A program made the position numbers and the translations under genes. The notes under the pieces were generated by a model. The model saw only the letters and a list, made by a program, of their open reading frames with translations, made no database searches and was not told where the DNA came from. From Chloroflexota bacterium (GTDB lineage Bacteria > Chloroflexota > Limnocylindria > Limnocylindrales > CSP1-4), in NCBI GenBank assembly GCA_045804645.1, contig JBJMMR010000006.1, forward strand, positions 19,827 through 83,826: a stretch of DNA of 64,000 bases, in the 5' to 3' direction. This document shows positions 9,043 to 19,828 of the stretch, piece after piece. Positions within the stretch are counted from its first letter, which is position 1. Every line of letters begins with the position of its first letter.

Positions 9043-9839
9043 CTCGCGGCCCACGCGTTGCGGAACGCGCGGTCATACGTCGCGACGAGGGCGTCGCCGA
9101 GGGCCTCGGGGTCCCCGTTCCGCTGCTCCGCGACCCAGGTGGCGGTGATGCCGACGTAGCGGGGCTCGTTGCGCGCCTTGGGGGCGCCGGGCGCGGCCAG
9201 GAAGGGTGAATCGGTCTCGATGAGGAGCCGCTCCGAGGGCGTCGATCGGGCGACATCGGCGGAGGCCTCCTCTCCCTTCCGGAAGACGAGGCCCGAGAAG
9301 GAGATGACCGCGCCGAGATCGAGCATCGCATCCGCGTAGTCGACGGGGCCCGAGAAGCTGTGGACGATGATCGACGGGCACGCCGTACCCATCGCCGTGA
9401 GCTCCTTGAGAAGGGCGTCCTGGGCATCTCGCTCACCGCCGCGAGACCGGCAATGGAGGATCACCGGCTTGGCGGTGTCCGCGCCAAGGCGCAGATTCCT
9501 CCGAAGGTTCACGAGCTGATCCGGGATCGGGCTGAAGACGCGGTCGTAGTCGAGGCCCGTCTCGCCGATCGCTCGTACGCGGTCATCATCCGCCCACCCG
9601 CCGATCAGCCGCCATGCGGCGTCGTCGACCTTGGCCGCGTCGTGCGGGTGGACACCGAGGGCGATGTCGATCCAGTCGACTCGTTCGGCCAGCTCGCGGG
9701 CTCGTTCGCACGAAGCGACGTTCCAGCCCGGGACGAGGAGCCGCTCGACGCCGGTCGCGCGCGCCGCCTCGAGGACGACCTCCGCGTCATCGGCGAACCG
9801 CTCCGCGTTCACGTGGCAATGCGAGTCGACCAGGCGCAT
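9039..9839 (-). CDS. tatD: TatD-family metal-dependent DNase/hydrolase (266 aa)
   Basis: The internal ATG gives MRLVDSHCHVNAERF.., with ..AIGETGLDY.. and ..LLIETDSPFLAP.. also present. The 5' part of the 435-aa ORF is Arg/Pro-rich shadow sequence overlapping metG. Confidence 0.88.
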   Translation of the reverse strand: MRLVDSHCHVNAERFADDAEVVLEAARATGVERLLVPGWNVASCERARELAERVDWIDIALGVHPHDAAKVDDAAWRLIGGWADDDRVRAIGETGLDYDRVFSPIPDQLVNLRRNLRLGADTAKPVILHCRSRGGERDAQDALLKELTAMGTACPSIIVHSFSGPVDYADAMLDLGAVISFSGLVFRKGEEASADVARSTPSERLLIETDSPFLAAPGAPKARNEPRYVGITATWVAEQRNGDPEALGDALVATYDRAFRNAWAAS

Positions 9840-9864
9840 CCCGTCCTCGCGTGCGGGCTTCGCC

Positions 9865-11520
9865 CTACGGCGTCGCCGTCTCCGCGGCCTCGACCTCGAG
9901 GCGCGGGAACAGCGGCTCGGGGTCGGCGACGCGGCCGGCCTCGTTCGCCCGGGCGCCCCACTCGAGCTCTCCAAGGACGGACGACTCGCCGTTCCCGTCG
10001 GGGCGGTAGCCATACGCGAAACCGAGTTGACCGAGCACGCGTGGCGCGGCTCCGGGCATGACCGGGGCGACCGCCAGCCCGAGGAGACGGCACGCCTCGA
10101 TGAGGTCGCCGAGGACGCCCCGCAGTCGGTCGCCCGACGCCTCATCGCCGCCCTTCCAGGCCTTCGCCAGATCCCAGGGCTTCTCGGCATCGACCACCCG
10201 GTTCGCTGCGCCGACGAACGTCCACAGCGCCGCCAGCGCATCGTGAAGCTCGCAACCCTCGATCGCGTCGGAGTACGCGTGGACGGTCTCGTCCCAGGCC
10301 TCGGCGAGCGACGAATCGCGCTCGAGACGTGGCGCCGGCCGCACACCGTCGACGTACCGGTTGGTCATGGAGACGGTGCGGTTCAGCAGGTTGCCGAAGT
10401 CGTTGGCAAGGTCGGCGTTGTAGCGACGCACGAAGGAGTCCCAGGAGACCTCTGCGTCGCGATCGAACGGCACTTCGCGCATTACGACGTACCGGGCGCC
10501 ATCGCTCCCGAACGCCGCGACGAAATCGTTCGGGTCGAGGAAATTACCGCGGCTCTTGCTCATGCGCTCACCGCCGCCGGCCAGCAGCCAGCCGTGTACC
10601 CATACCCGCCGCGGGGCCTCGAGACCCGCACTCCAAAGCATGGCCGGCCAGAAGATCGTGTGGAACCTGGCGATGTCCTTGCCGATGACATGAAGATCGG
10701 CCGGCCACCACCGCGCGAACGAGGCCATGTCGTCGGGGAAACCCGCGCCGGTGATGTAGTTGATGAGCGCGTCGTACCAGACGTAGATCTTGCCGGCTTC
10801 GGGATCCCACGAGCCGTCCCCGCGTTGCGCGGTCTCGCCGTCCTCCCGTATTGGGAACGGGATCCCCCAGTCGCCTGGCGTGCGCTCGCGCGAGATCGAG
10901 AAATCCTCGAGTCCGCCTCGGATGAACCCGAGCATCTCGTTACGCCGGAATTCGGGCTGGACGAACTCAGGATGCTCGGCGAAGTGCCGTTCGAGGCGCT
11001 CCTGATACGCCGATAGACGGAAGAACCAGTTGCGCTCGGTCAGCCACTGGAGCGGGACGTCGGGATGATTGGGGCAGATCGTGCCCCGCGCCGTCTCGAC
11101 GACGTCGGTCGCGTTCCGGAAGCCCTCATTGGGGCAGTACCAGCCCTCGTACGTGCCCATATAGATGTCGCCGTTCGCGTACGCCCGGCGGACCATCTCA
11201 TGCGCCGCGCGGACGTGGTCCGGGTCGGTCGTCCGGATGAACCGATCCGGCGAGATCGCGAGGGCGTCTTCGGCGATCTTGAACAGTTCGACCTTCTCAT
11301 CGACGAAATCGCGTGCCGGGCGTCCCTCATCGACAGCGGCCTGGGCGATGTTGATCGAGTGTTCGTCGGTCCCGGTGAGGAACCGCGTGTCGTCCCCCTT
11401 CATGCGGTGCCAGCGCGCGATCACGTCCGCACCGATCACTTCGTACAGCGTGTGGACGCCGGGCTTCGAGTTCGCGTACGCGATGGCCGTCGTCAGGTAA
11501 TACCGGGGACGATCGCTCAT
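9865..11520 (-). CDS. metG: Methionine--tRNA ligase (551 aa)
   Basis: YYLTTAIAYANSKPGVHTLYEVIGADVIARWHRMKG.. and the KMSKS-type loop ERMSKSRGN are present. Confidence 0.93.
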   Translation of the reverse strand: MSDRPRYYLTTAIAYANSKPGVHTLYEVIGADVIARWHRMKGDDTRFLTGTDEHSINIAQAAVDEGRPARDFVDEKVELFKIAEDALAISPDRFIRTTDPDHVRAAHEMVRRAYANGDIYMGTYEGWYCPNEGFRNATDVVETARGTICPNHPDVPLQWLTERNWFFRLSAYQERLERHFAEHPEFVQPEFRRNEMLGFIRGGLEDFSISRERTPGDWGIPFPIREDGETAQRGDGSWDPEAGKIYVWYDALINYITGAGFPDDMASFARWWPADLHVIGKDIARFHTIFWPAMLWSAGLEAPRRVWVHGWLLAGGGERMSKSRGNFLDPNDFVAAFGSDGARYVVMREVPFDRDAEVSWDSFVRRYNADLANDFGNLLNRTVSMTNRYVDGVRPAPRLERDSSLAEAWDETVHAYSDAIEGCELHDALAALWTFVGAANRVVDAEKPWDLAKAWKGGDEASGDRLRGVLGDLIEACRLLGLAVAPVMPGAAPRVLGQLGFAYGYRPDGNGESSVLGELEWGARANEAGRVADPEPLFPRLEVEAAETATP

Positions 11521-11597
11521 GGGAGCGGGAATGGTAGCAGCGGCATCACCTGGCCCGGCCCGCTCGCCTCCTCGGTCCGCTGTCGGCGGTCCGACGA

Positions 11598-13877
11598 TCA
11601 GTGACGGAAGTGGCGGACCCCCGTGATCAGCATCGTAGCGTCGTGCTCATCGGCGATCTGGATCACTTCGGCGTCACGCATCGACCCGCCTGGCTGAACG
11701 TACGCCCGCACCCCGGCGTCGAGGCACGCCTCGACGGCATCGGTGAAGGGATAGAACGCATCGCTGGCGCATGCGGCTCCGGTAGTCGACTCGGGACCCA
11801 GCATCGCGCGGGCCTTGGCGACGGCCTGCTGGGCGGCATCGACGCGCGACGTCTGGCCGCTACCGATGCCGATGAGCCGGCGCTCGCGCACGAGCACGAT
11901 CGCGTTCGATGTGACGCCGCGTACCAGCCGCCACGCCAGATCGAGATCGAGGCGTTCGGCGTCCGTCGGCGTGCGGCGCGTCGCGCACCTCCAAATGGAC
12001 GGGTCATCCGGGGCGATGTCCGGTGCGGTCACGAGGACGGCACCGCCGGCGGTCCGGATCGATCCGAGCGGCGAGAGGCCACTCGACGGAGCCGGCTCCT
12101 GCGAGCCGAGCGCCTCGCCCGAGGCGAGCGGCTCGTCCGAGGCGAGCGGTTCGTCGACGAGCACCCGCAGGTTCGGTTTCGTCGCCAGGATATCGAGCGC
12201 GTCCGTCGTGTAGGCAGGCGCGACCACGATCTCCAGGAAGATCGAGGTGAGCGCCTCGGCCATCACTCGGTCGACTTCGCGCGTCAACGCCACGACGCCA
12301 CCGAACACGCTGACCGGGTCGGCCTCGAACGCGGCGGACCATGCCTCCAGCAGCGTCGATCGTTCCGCGGCGCCACACGGGTTCGTGTGCTTGACGATGA
12401 CGACGGCTGGGCCGCGCAGCGCTCGACCGAGCGCCGAGGCCGCTGCGGCATCGAGCACGTTGTTGTACGACAGCTGCTTGCCCTGGAGCGGTGGACGTTC
12501 GACGCCGAACGGCCCGTCGGCAGCGGTCGAACCAGGGCGGCGATAGCGCGCGGCAGGCTGGTGCGAGTTCTCGCCGTAGCGCAGGGTCTCGACCTTGTCG
12601 AGCGCGATCGAGACCGTCGGTGGGTATGGGTCGTCTGGCGGGTCGACGAGACCCGCCGCGGCGAGTCGCCCGGGCAGCTCGGATGCGATCCGCGCGTCAT
12701 ACGCGGCGGTATGCGCGAACGCCTCGAGCGCGAGGGCCCGCCGGAGTCGATCGTCGAGGCCGGTCGGCTCGTCGAGGGCGGCGAGGATGTCGTCGTAGCG
12801 GGCCGGCGAGGTCACGATCGCGACGTTGGCGTGGTTCTTGGCGGCCGCCCGCACCATCGACGGCCCGCCGATGTCGATCTCCTCGATGAGCTCATCGACG
12901 TTGATCCCGGGACGTTCGAGCGCCGCGGCGAACGGGTAGAGGTTGACGACGACGAGCTCGAACGGGGCGATGCCGGCCGCGATGAGATGGCGGCGGTGGG
13001 CGGCAAGGCGTCGATCTGCGAGAAGGCCGGCGTGGATGCGCGGGTGCAGCGTCTTCACCCGACCGTCGAGCATCTCGGGGCTGCCCGTGACCGCCGCAAC
13101 GTCGGTCACGCGGAGGCCGGCATCACGCAACGCCCCGGCCGTGCCGCCCGTCGAGACCAACTCGAATCCCCGTGCCGCGAGGCCGGTCGCGAGCTCGACG
13201 AGGCCCGTCTTGTCCGAGACCGACAACAGCGCCCGGCGCGGCCGCGGGACGGCAGCGTCCGCGATGTCGAGATCGATCGTGACGCGACCCTTCTCACGAT
13301 CGAACCCGATCGCCCCCGAGGCGAGCAGCGCCACGATCCGCGGCAGCAGGCGATGCTCCACGGCCTGGATCCGCTCTCGGAGCCGCGTCTCGTCGTCGTC
13401 AGCGAGGATCGGCACGGCTTCCTGCGCAACGACGGGACCGCCATCGAGCGTCACGTCGACGAGGTGGACCGTCACCCCGGTGACCATGACGCCCGCAGCG
13501 AGCGCATCGCGGATCGCGTGTCGACCCGGGAACGACGGCAGCAGTGACGGATGGACGTTGAGGATCCGCCCCTCGAACTCGCGGAGCACGCGCGGCCCGA
13601 CGACCCGCATGTACCCGGCGAGCACGACGACGTCAGCGCGGACGCCTGCGAGCGCTTCGGCAAGTTCCTCGTCCTCGCCCCCCGGCAGCAGGGCCGTATC
13701 GATCCCCTGCTCTGCCGCCCAGTCGAGCGCGGGACACGGCCGGTCCGCGAAGACGAGCACGAGGTCGCCGCCGAGCTCGCCACGCGCCGCCGCGGCGTGC
13801 AGGGCCTTCAGGTTGGACCCGGCCCCAGACACACCCGCCGCGATGCGCGTTCGCCCGCCCCGGCCCTCGGCGCTCAT
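11598..13877 (-). CDS. purN-purH: Single ORF fusing GAR formyltransferase (PurN, aa 1 to ~205) to AICAR formyltransferase/IMP cyclohydrolase (PurH, aa ~214-759)
   Basis: PurN part: RIAAGVSGAGSNLKAL..ILNVHPSLLPSFPG..VTVHLVD. The junction ..GRVTIDLDIADAAVPRPRRALLSVSDKTGLVELA.. has no stop codon. PurH part: ..GRVKTLHP..NLYPF..GGPSMVRAAAKN.. and ends ..GVRHFRH. The ATG at 13877 overlaps the purM stop (ATGA). The 5' 177 codons of the 936-aa ORF are shadow sequence. Confidence 0.85.
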   Translation of the reverse strand: MSAEGRGGRTRIAAGVSGAGSNLKALHAAAARGELGGDLVLVFADRPCPALDWAAEQGIDTALLPGGEDEELAEALAGVRADVVVLAGYMRVVGPRVLREFEGRILNVHPSLLPSFPGRHAIRDALAAGVMVTGVTVHLVDVTLDGGPVVAQEAVPILADDDETRLRERIQAVEHRLLPRIVALLASGAIGFDREKGRVTIDLDIADAAVPRPRRALLSVSDKTGLVELATGLAARGFELVSTGGTAGALRDAGLRVTDVAAVTGSPEMLDGRVKTLHPRIHAGLLADRRLAAHRRHLIAAGIAPFELVVVNLYPFAAALERPGINVDELIEEIDIGGPSMVRAAAKNHANVAIVTSPARYDDILAALDEPTGLDDRLRRALALEAFAHTAAYDARIASELPGRLAAAGLVDPPDDPYPPTVSIALDKVETLRYGENSHQPAARYRRPGSTAADGPFGVERPPLQGKQLSYNNVLDAAAASALGRALRGPAVVIVKHTNPCGAAERSTLLEAWSAAFEADPVSVFGGVVALTREVDRVMAEALTSIFLEIVVAPAYTTDALDILATKPNLRVLVDEPLASDEPLASGEALGSQEPAPSSGLSPLGSIRTAGGAVLVTAPDIAPDDPSIWRCATRRTPTDAERLDLDLAWRLVRGVTSNAIVLVRERRLIGIGSGQTSRVDAAQQAVAKARAMLGPESTTGAACASDAFYPFTDAVEACLDAGVRAYVQPGGSMRDAEVIQIADEHDATMLITGVRHFRH

Positions 13878-15031
13878 GCGACCGACTCCAGCGACCCCTC
13901 GCTGTACCGCGCACCGTCGAGGCGATCCGTCTCGACGACCTCGCCGACGACGGCGGCGGGGACGTGGCGTGTCTCGAGGGTCTTGACGGTCGTCGCGATG
14001 GCCTTGGGAGGGACCACGAGCACCATCCCGAGACCTCCGTTGAAAGTGGCGCGCAGCTCCCCGTCGTCGAGGCCGCCGAGCGCACCGAACAGCCGTTGGA
14101 CCGACGGGATCGACCAGCGCTTCGGGTCGAGCCTCGCGCCGAGGGGTTCGGGGAGGGCGCGTGGGACGTTGCCGGGGATCCCGCCACCGGTGATGTGCGC
14201 GGCTCCCCGGATGTCGTGGCCCTCGTCGCCCAGAGCCGCACGGACGGCGAGGACGGCCCTCGCGTAGATCCGTGTCGGGGTCAGCAGGACTTCCCCGAGC
14301 GTCGCCATCGTCTCCTGTGGCGCGTCGTCGATGGCCGCACCCGTCGCCTGATCCCCGAGCGTGCGCCGCAGGCGGGCCTGGTAGGGCTCGGCGAGGTCGA
14401 GATCCCACTGCGCGACCAGCGAGCGGACCAGCGAGAACCCGTTCGCGTGGAGCCCGCTCGCAGCCAACCCGACGATGACATCACCGGCCCGCGCCGCCGA
14501 GCCGTCGATGACGCGCGAGCGTTCGACGACCCCGATGCAGCAGCCCGCGAGATCGAAGGCGTCCGCATCCATCAGCCCCGGGTGCTCTGCGGTCTCGCCA
14601 CCGACCAGGGCAGCCCCGGCCTCGCGACACCCCGCAGCGACGCTGCCGACGAGCTCGGCGACAGCCACCGGATCGAGGCGGCCGACGGCGACGTAATCGA
14701 GGAATGCGAGTGGTTCAGCGCCGGTGCACACCACGTCATCGGCGCACATCGCGACGAGGTCGATACCGATCGTGTCGAAACGACCGACGGCCGCGGCGAT
14801 CGCCGTCTTCGTCCCGACCCCGTCGGTCGAGGCGATCAGGAGCGGTTCCCGGTACCCCGCCGGGATCGCGAACGCGCCACCGAAGCCGCCCAGACCGCCG
14901 ACCACCTCGGGTCGCCGGGTCGAGTCGACGTGCTCGCGCATGAGTTCGACGGCGCGATCGCCCGCATCGACATCCACTCCCGCGTGGCGGTACGCGGACC
15001 GCCGCCGAGCGCCGGCCGTCTGGTCCGTCAC
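13874..15031 (-). CDS. purM: Phosphoribosylformylglycinamidine cyclo-ligase (AIR synthetase)
   Basis: ..YRHAGVDVDAGDRAVELM..GGLGGFGGAF..LIASTDGVGTK.. The GTG at 15031 overlaps the purF stop (GTGA). Confidence 0.9.
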   Translation of the reverse strand: MTDQTAGARRRSAYRHAGVDVDAGDRAVELMREHVDSTRRPEVVGGLGGFGGAFAIPAGYREPLLIASTDGVGTKTAIAAAVGRFDTIGIDLVAMCADDVVCTGAEPLAFLDYVAVGRLDPVAVAELVGSVAAGCREAGAALVGGETAEHPGLMDADAFDLAGCCIGVVERSRVIDGSAARAGDVIVGLAASGLHANGFSLVRSLVAQWDLDLAEPYQARLRRTLGDQATGAAIDDAPQETMATLGEVLLTPTRIYARAVLAVRAALGDEGHDIRGAAHITGGGIPGNVPRALPEPLGARLDPKRWSIPSVQRLFGALGGLDDGELRATFNGGLGMVLVVPPKAIATTVKTLETRHVPAAVVGEVVETDRLDGARYSEGSLESVA

Positions 15032-16491
15032 GGGGTGGTCGTGAGTTCCTTTTCGAGGATGAACTTGCGCCCCTCGACGTCGTACGGCACCGGCTCGGGG
15101 TAGTTGCCGTCGAAGCACGCGAAGCAGAACCGCTCGTACGGCAGGTCGAGCGCAGCGAGGACGCCGCGGATCGACAGGTACCCGAGCGAATCGGCGCCGA
15201 TGAACTCCCGGATCTCGTCGACCGACTGCGTCGCGGCGATCAGCTCGGTCTCGAGCGACGTATCGATGCCGTAGAAGCAGGGGTGGTAGATCGGCGGCGC
15301 GCTGATCCGGACGTGGACCTCGAGCGCGCCCGCGCGCCGAAGGAGTTCGACGATCCGCTTGGTCGTCGTGCCGCGGACGATCGAATCGTCGACGACGATC
15401 AGTCGCTTCCCCGCGACGACGGCGGGCATCGGGTTGAGCTTGATCGTGACGCCGCGGTGGCGCATCCCCTGGGACGGCTGGATGAACGTCCGCCCGGCAT
15501 AGCGGTTGCGGTACATCCCCTCGCGATACGGTAGGCCGCTCGCCTCGGCGTAGCCCGCGGCCGCAGGAGCGCCCGTGTCTGGGACCGGGATGACCAGGTC
15601 GGCATCGACCGGATGCTCCGCGGCCAGTTGCTCGCCCATCCGCCGGCGCGCTTCGTAGAGATTGCGGCCCTCCATGTACGAGTCCGGCCGCGCGAAGTAG
15701 ATGAGCTCGAAGACGCACAGGGCGGGATCCGCGTCGGCGTACCGGATCGAGCGCGGTGGCTGGCCGGGCTCGAGCACGACGATCTCGCCCGGCTCGATGT
15801 CACGGACGTACTCCGCACCGACGATGTCGAGCGCCGCCGTCTCCGACGACAGGCACCAGCCCGCGGCGTCGTCGGTCCAGAGGCCTCCGTCGTTCGGGCC
15901 GCCGGGCTTGCGCGCGGTCGCCGGGAGCTTGCCGAGCACCAGCGGCCGGAACCCGTGGGGGTCGCGGACGCCGATGACGCGCTTGTCGTCGAGGACGACG
16001 AGCGCGAAGGCGCCGCGGACGCGGGGCAGGACCTGCTGGAGGGCCTCGACCGTGTCGGCTGCAGGCTCGTCGGCCAGGAGCGCGGTCAGGAGCTCGGTGT
16101 CGGTCGATGCGGGGAGGCGCGCGCGACCGCCGGCGAGCTGGCCGAGCAGCTCGCGTGTGTTGACGAGGTTCCCGTTGTGCCCGATCGCGATGGCGCGCCG
16201 TGGCCCCTGCCGGTACGTCGGCTGCGCGTTCTCCCACACCGTCGACCCCGTCGTCGAGTAGCGGCAGTGCGCGATGGCGAGCGTTCCGCGGAGGCTCGGC
16301 AGGCGCCGTTCGTCGAGCACGGACCCGATCATCCCGAGGTCCTTGTAAAGCATCAGCTGCTCGCCATCGCTGACCGCGATCCCGGCGGACTCCTGGCCGC
16401 GGTGCTGCAGCGCGAACAGCCCGAGCGTCGCGACCGCCGCCGCCTCCGTCGGTTCGCCATCGGGGAGCACGGCCCCGAACACGCCGCACAT
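15028..16491 (-). CDS. purF: Amidophosphoribosyltransferase
   Basis: The N-terminus MCGVFG carries the nucleophile Cys. Also present: ..LQHRGQESAGIA.., ..VVDDSIVRGTT.. Confidence 0.95.
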   Translation of the reverse strand: MCGVFGAVLPDGEPTEAAAVATLGLFALQHRGQESAGIAVSDGEQLMLYKDLGMIGSVLDERRLPSLRGTLAIAHCRYSTTGSTVWENAQPTYRQGPRRAIAIGHNGNLVNTRELLGQLAGGRARLPASTDTELLTALLADEPAADTVEALQQVLPRVRGAFALVVLDDKRVIGVRDPHGFRPLVLGKLPATARKPGGPNDGGLWTDDAAGWCLSSETAALDIVGAEYVRDIEPGEIVVLEPGQPPRSIRYADADPALCVFELIYFARPDSYMEGRNLYEARRRMGEQLAAEHPVDADLVIPVPDTGAPAAAGYAEASGLPYREGMYRNRYAGRTFIQPSQGMRHRGVTIKLNPMPAVVAGKRLIVVDDSIVRGTTTKRIVELLRRAGALEVHVRISAPPIYHPCFYGIDTSLETELIAATQSVDEIREFIGADSLGYLSIRGVLAALDLPYERFCFACFDGNYPEPVPYDVEGRKFILEKELTTTP

Positions 16492-16494
16492 CGT

Positions 16495-18810
16495 TCAGTG
16501 GCCTCCAAGTCCGAGTGCGCGGTCCAGGCCGTGGTCCCAGGCATGACGAAGGGCGGCCACAGGGACATCGAGGACGTCGGCGATCGTGCTGCCCCGCTCT
16601 TCCGACGCGCCCGTCGAACTCGTCCCGACAAGCTGGATCCGGAGACGGTCACCGCCGACCGTTCCGAGCGTCTCGACCGGCAAGCCATGCTGCAGGGCGA
16701 GCAGCGTCAACGCCGGCGCGTGACGAGCCGTGGCCGTCAGGACCACCCGCGACGGGCTCTCGCAGAACAGCTCGACCGCCGGCGACATCGATGTCGGGAC
16801 GCGAACGCTAGCGCCGATGCCGCCCCACATCGCCGACTCGGCGAGCGCGACGGCGAGCCCGCCGCCCGAGACATCCTGCGCACCGTCCACAAGTCCACCG
16901 GCGATCGCGTCGCGGACGAATGTCTGCACCGCCGCCTCGCGCGCAAGATCGAGCGACGGGAGCCCGTCCTCGACGGTCGTGCCCGCGAGCGCCGCGTACG
17001 CGGAACCGACGAGCCCCGAGGTCGCTTCGCCGACGAGGACGATCGCGTCGCCCTCGGAGACGAACGCCGGGCCGATGATCTTGGCGACGTCGTCGATGAG
17101 GCCGACGACCCCGATCTCCGGCGTCGGGGCGATCGAGCCAGCGGGTGACTCGTTGTAAAGCGATACGTTGCCACCTGTCACGGGCAGACCGAGCGCGCGG
17201 CACGCATCGCCAACGCCGCGGACGCCTTCGCTGAGCTGCCAGAAGGCCTCGGGGCGTGTCGGGTCGCCGTAGTTCAGGCAGTTCGTGACGCCGAGGGGCC
17301 GCGCCCCGGTGATGCTCACGTTCCGCGTCGCTTCCGCCACGCTCATCGCCGCACCGAGGTACGGATCGACGGCGCCGATCGCCTGATTCCCGTCGGTCGT
17401 CGCGACGAGTGCGCGCGTCGTCCCCTTGATGCGGATGACGGCCGCCCCATGACCCGGCCCGACGACGGTGTCGGTGCCGACCGTCGAGTCGTAGCGCTCG
17501 TACACGGAACGGCGGGAGGCGAGGTTCGGCGAGCCGAGGAGCGCCAGCAGGACGGCACCCGGATCCATGCCACGTTCCGGGAGCCGGTCGCTCGCGCCCG
17601 TCGGTGCACCCGGCGCCGGCGCCGCACGTCGATGCTCGGGCGCACGCGCCACCCGTTCGTGGACGATCGCGTCGCTCGTCAGCGCACGAGCGGGGATCCT
17701 CGCCAATTCGGCGTCACCGCTCCTCACGGTGATGTCGCCATCGCCGGTAACGGTCCCGATGACGGCGACCGGCAACCCCCAGCGCTCGGCGACCTCGCGA
17801 ACGTCGTCCCAGCGCTCCGGCCGGACGATCGCGCACATCCGCTCCTGCGACTCCGAGATCATGACCTCGAACGGCGCCATGCCAGGCTCGCGGAGTGGGA
17901 CCGCGTCGAGGTCGACGTCGATCCCGGTACCGGCGCGGTCCGCCGTCTCGGAGGTCGCGCACGTGATGCCGCCGGCGCCGAGGTCCTGGAGACCCTCGAC
18001 GAGCCCGCGCTCGATCAGTTCGAGGGACGCCTCGATCAGGAGCTTCTCCGCGAACGGATCACCGACCTGCACGGAGGGTCGCTTGGAGGGATCCGCATGG
18101 CTGAATGTGGCACTCGCCAGCACCGACGCCCCGCCGATGCCATCGCGCCCGGTCGTCGACCCGAACAGCACGACGAGGTTGCCGAGTCCCGGCGCGGCGG
18201 CACGCGTCAGGTGGCGCTCCTCGAGAACACCGATCGCCATCACGTTGACGAGGGGGTTGCCCTGGTAGCTCGGATCGAACACGAGCTCGCCACCGACCGT
18301 CGGGACGCCCACGCAATTGCCGTACCCGCCCACACCGCCGACGACGCCATCGACGAGGTGCCGCGTGCGGGCGTCGGACGGGTCGCCGAACCGAAGGGCA
18401 TCGAGGACGGCGATCGGTCGCGCGCCCATCGTGAAGATGTCACGCAGGATCCCGCCGACGCCGGTGGTGGCTCCCTGGTACGGCTCGACCGCGGAAGGGT
18501 GGTTGTGCGACTCGATCTTGAACGCGACCGCGAGGCCGTCGCCGATCGAGATCACGCCCGCGTTCTCACCCGGACCGGCGACGACGCCGGGTCCTGCGGT
18601 GGGGAGCGTGCCCAACAGTGGCTTCGAGCTCTTGTACGAGCAATGCTCGCTCCACATCACGCTGAACATCGCGAGCTCGAGCTCGTTCGGCTCGCGTCCG
18701 GCAAGGCGGTCGCGGATCGCATCGAGCTCCTCGTCGGTCAGCCCGAGGCGGCGATGGAGCGGCTCGAGCGAGTGCGCGGCGTCGGCCGCCTGCGGCTCGG
18801 CGATCGTCAT
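16495..18810 (-). CDS. purL: Phosphoribosylformylglycinamidine synthase subunit PurL (771 aa)
   Basis: ..[19 protein letters not shown].., ..ESHNHPS.., ..VGGELVF.. Confidence 0.95.
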   Translation of the reverse strand: MTIAEPQAADAAHSLEPLHRRLGLTDEELDAIRDRLAGREPNELELAMFSVMWSEHCSYKSSKPLLGTLPTAGPGVVAGPGENAGVISIGDGLAVAFKIESHNHPSAVEPYQGATTGVGGILRDIFTMGARPIAVLDALRFGDPSDARTRHLVDGVVGGVGGYGNCVGVPTVGGELVFDPSYQGNPLVNVMAIGVLEERHLTRAAAPGLGNLVVLFGSTTGRDGIGGASVLASATFSHADPSKRPSVQVGDPFAEKLLIEASLELIERGLVEGLQDLGAGGITCATSETADRAGTGIDVDLDAVPLREPGMAPFEVMISESQERMCAIVRPERWDDVREVAERWGLPVAVIGTVTGDGDITVRSGDAELARIPARALTSDAIVHERVARAPEHRRAAPAPGAPTGASDRLPERGMDPGAVLLALLGSPNLASRRSVYERYDSTVGTDTVVGPGHGAAVIRIKGTTRALVATTDGNQAIGAVDPYLGAAMSVAEATRNVSITGARPLGVTNCLNYGDPTRPEAFWQLSEGVRGVGDACRALGLPVTGGNVSLYNESPAGSIAPTPEIGVVGLIDDVAKIIGPAFVSEGDAIVLVGEATSGLVGSAYAALAGTTVEDGLPSLDLAREAAVQTFVRDAIAGGLVDGAQDVSGGGLAVALAESAMWGGIGASVRVPTSMSPAVELFCESPSRVVLTATARHAPALTLLALQHGLPVETLGTVGGDRLRIQLVGTSSTGASEERGSTIADVLDVPVAALRHAWDHGLDRALGLGGH

Positions 18811-19559
18811 CGACTACCGACCAGCTCGGTCGCCCGCTCGCCCGCGGCCGCCCGCGCCGCGCTCTCGACGAGGGACCGGATGATCGGCAACCCGTCATCC
18901 GACCCGAGGATCGATTCCGATGCCCGCTCGGGATGCGGCATCAACCCGGCGACGTTGCCCGCCGCATTGAGGACACCGGCGATGGCGTGCAGGCTGCCGT
19001 TCGGGTTCGACCGGCGATCGTCCTCGGCCGCCGCTCGGCCGTCCTCGTCGACGTACCGGAACAGGACCTGGCCGTCCGCCTCCAACGCGTCGAGCGTCGC
19101 CTCGTCCGCGTAGTAGCAGCCCTCGCCGTGGGCGATCGGCATCTGCAACGGCTGCCCCGTCGTTCGGAGCGCGTGCGTGAACGGCGTGTCGATCCGCTCG
19201 GCCACGATCCGGACGTCGCGTCCGAGGAACCGGAGCCCGCGGTTGCGGAGCAGTGCCCCAGGCACGAGGCCGGCCTCCGCCAGGACCTGGAACCCGTTGC
19301 AGATCCCGAGCACGAGCCCGCCCTCCGCGGCGAACGCCTCGACCGATCGCATCACCGGGCTGAACCGCGCGATCACCCCGGCCCGCAGATAGTCGCCGTA
19401 CGCGAACCCGCCCGGCAGGATCACCGCCGCGACCCCGTCGAGCGTCGCCTGCTCGTGCCACAGCACGACCGGCTCCGCGCCGGCGATCTCCAGTCCGTGG
19501 AGCGTGTCGCGATCGCAGTTGCTACCCGGAAAGACGACGACGCCGACGCGCACCGGCAT
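18807..19559 (-). CDS. purQ: Phosphoribosylformylglycinamidine synthase glutaminase subunit PurQ
   Basis: [14 protein letters not shown].., [12 protein letters not shown], catalytic GICNGFQ, ..MPHPER.. Confidence 0.95.
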   Translation of the reverse strand: MPVRVGVVVFPGSNCDRDTLHGLEIAGAEPVVLWHEQATLDGVAAVILPGGFAYGDYLRAGVIARFSPVMRSVEAFAAEGGLVLGICNGFQVLAEAGLVPGALLRNRGLRFLGRDVRIVAERIDTPFTHALRTTGQPLQMPIAHGEGCYYADEATLDALEADGQVLFRYVDEDGRAAAEDDRRSNPNGSLHAIAGVLNAAGNVAGLMPHPERASESILGSDDGLPIIRSLVESAARAAAGERATELVGSR

Positions 19560-19828
19560 CAGGCGATCGCCTCGATCGGCTCGATCCGTTCGATGGCGTA
19601 TGCCTCGATGAGCGGGTTCGCGAGCAACTCCGACGCCAGGCGTTCCACGACCGCTCGGGCCGACGCGACATCGGCTGCGTCCACGCTGAGCTCGACCCGA
19701 CGTCCGACGCGCACCGCATGGACACCCTCGATGCCGAGGTGGTCGAGACTGCCCTCGACCGCGCGCCCCTGTGGGTCGAGGATGCCCGGCTTGGGGGTGA
19801 CGTTCACGGCGAAACGATGACTGCTCAT
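19559..19828 (-). CDS. purS: PurS subunit of FGAM synthase (89 aa)
   Basis: The internal ATG gives [32 protein letters not shown].., and this ATG overlaps the purC stop (ATGA). Confidence 0.88.
   Translation of the reverse strand: MSSHRFAVNVTPKPGILDPQGRAVEGSLDHLGIEGVHAVRVGRRVELSVDAADVASARAVVERLASELLANPLIEAYAIERIEPIEAIA

Noticed and set aside
13878-14408. 5' extension of the purN-purH ORF, which the ORF track reports as 936 aa starting at 14408. Comparable 5' extensions occur for purM (to 15718), purS (to 19981), tatD (to 10346), ecfA (to 30698), yggS (to 63018), SBP1 (from 35396), SBP2 (from 37105) and the lipoprotein (to 4365).
   Set aside because: The extensions are Arg/Pro-rich and overlap the well-supported upstream genes. 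Internal starts give canonical N-termini and ATGA/GTGA coupling, Shine-Dalgarno sequences or signal peptides.
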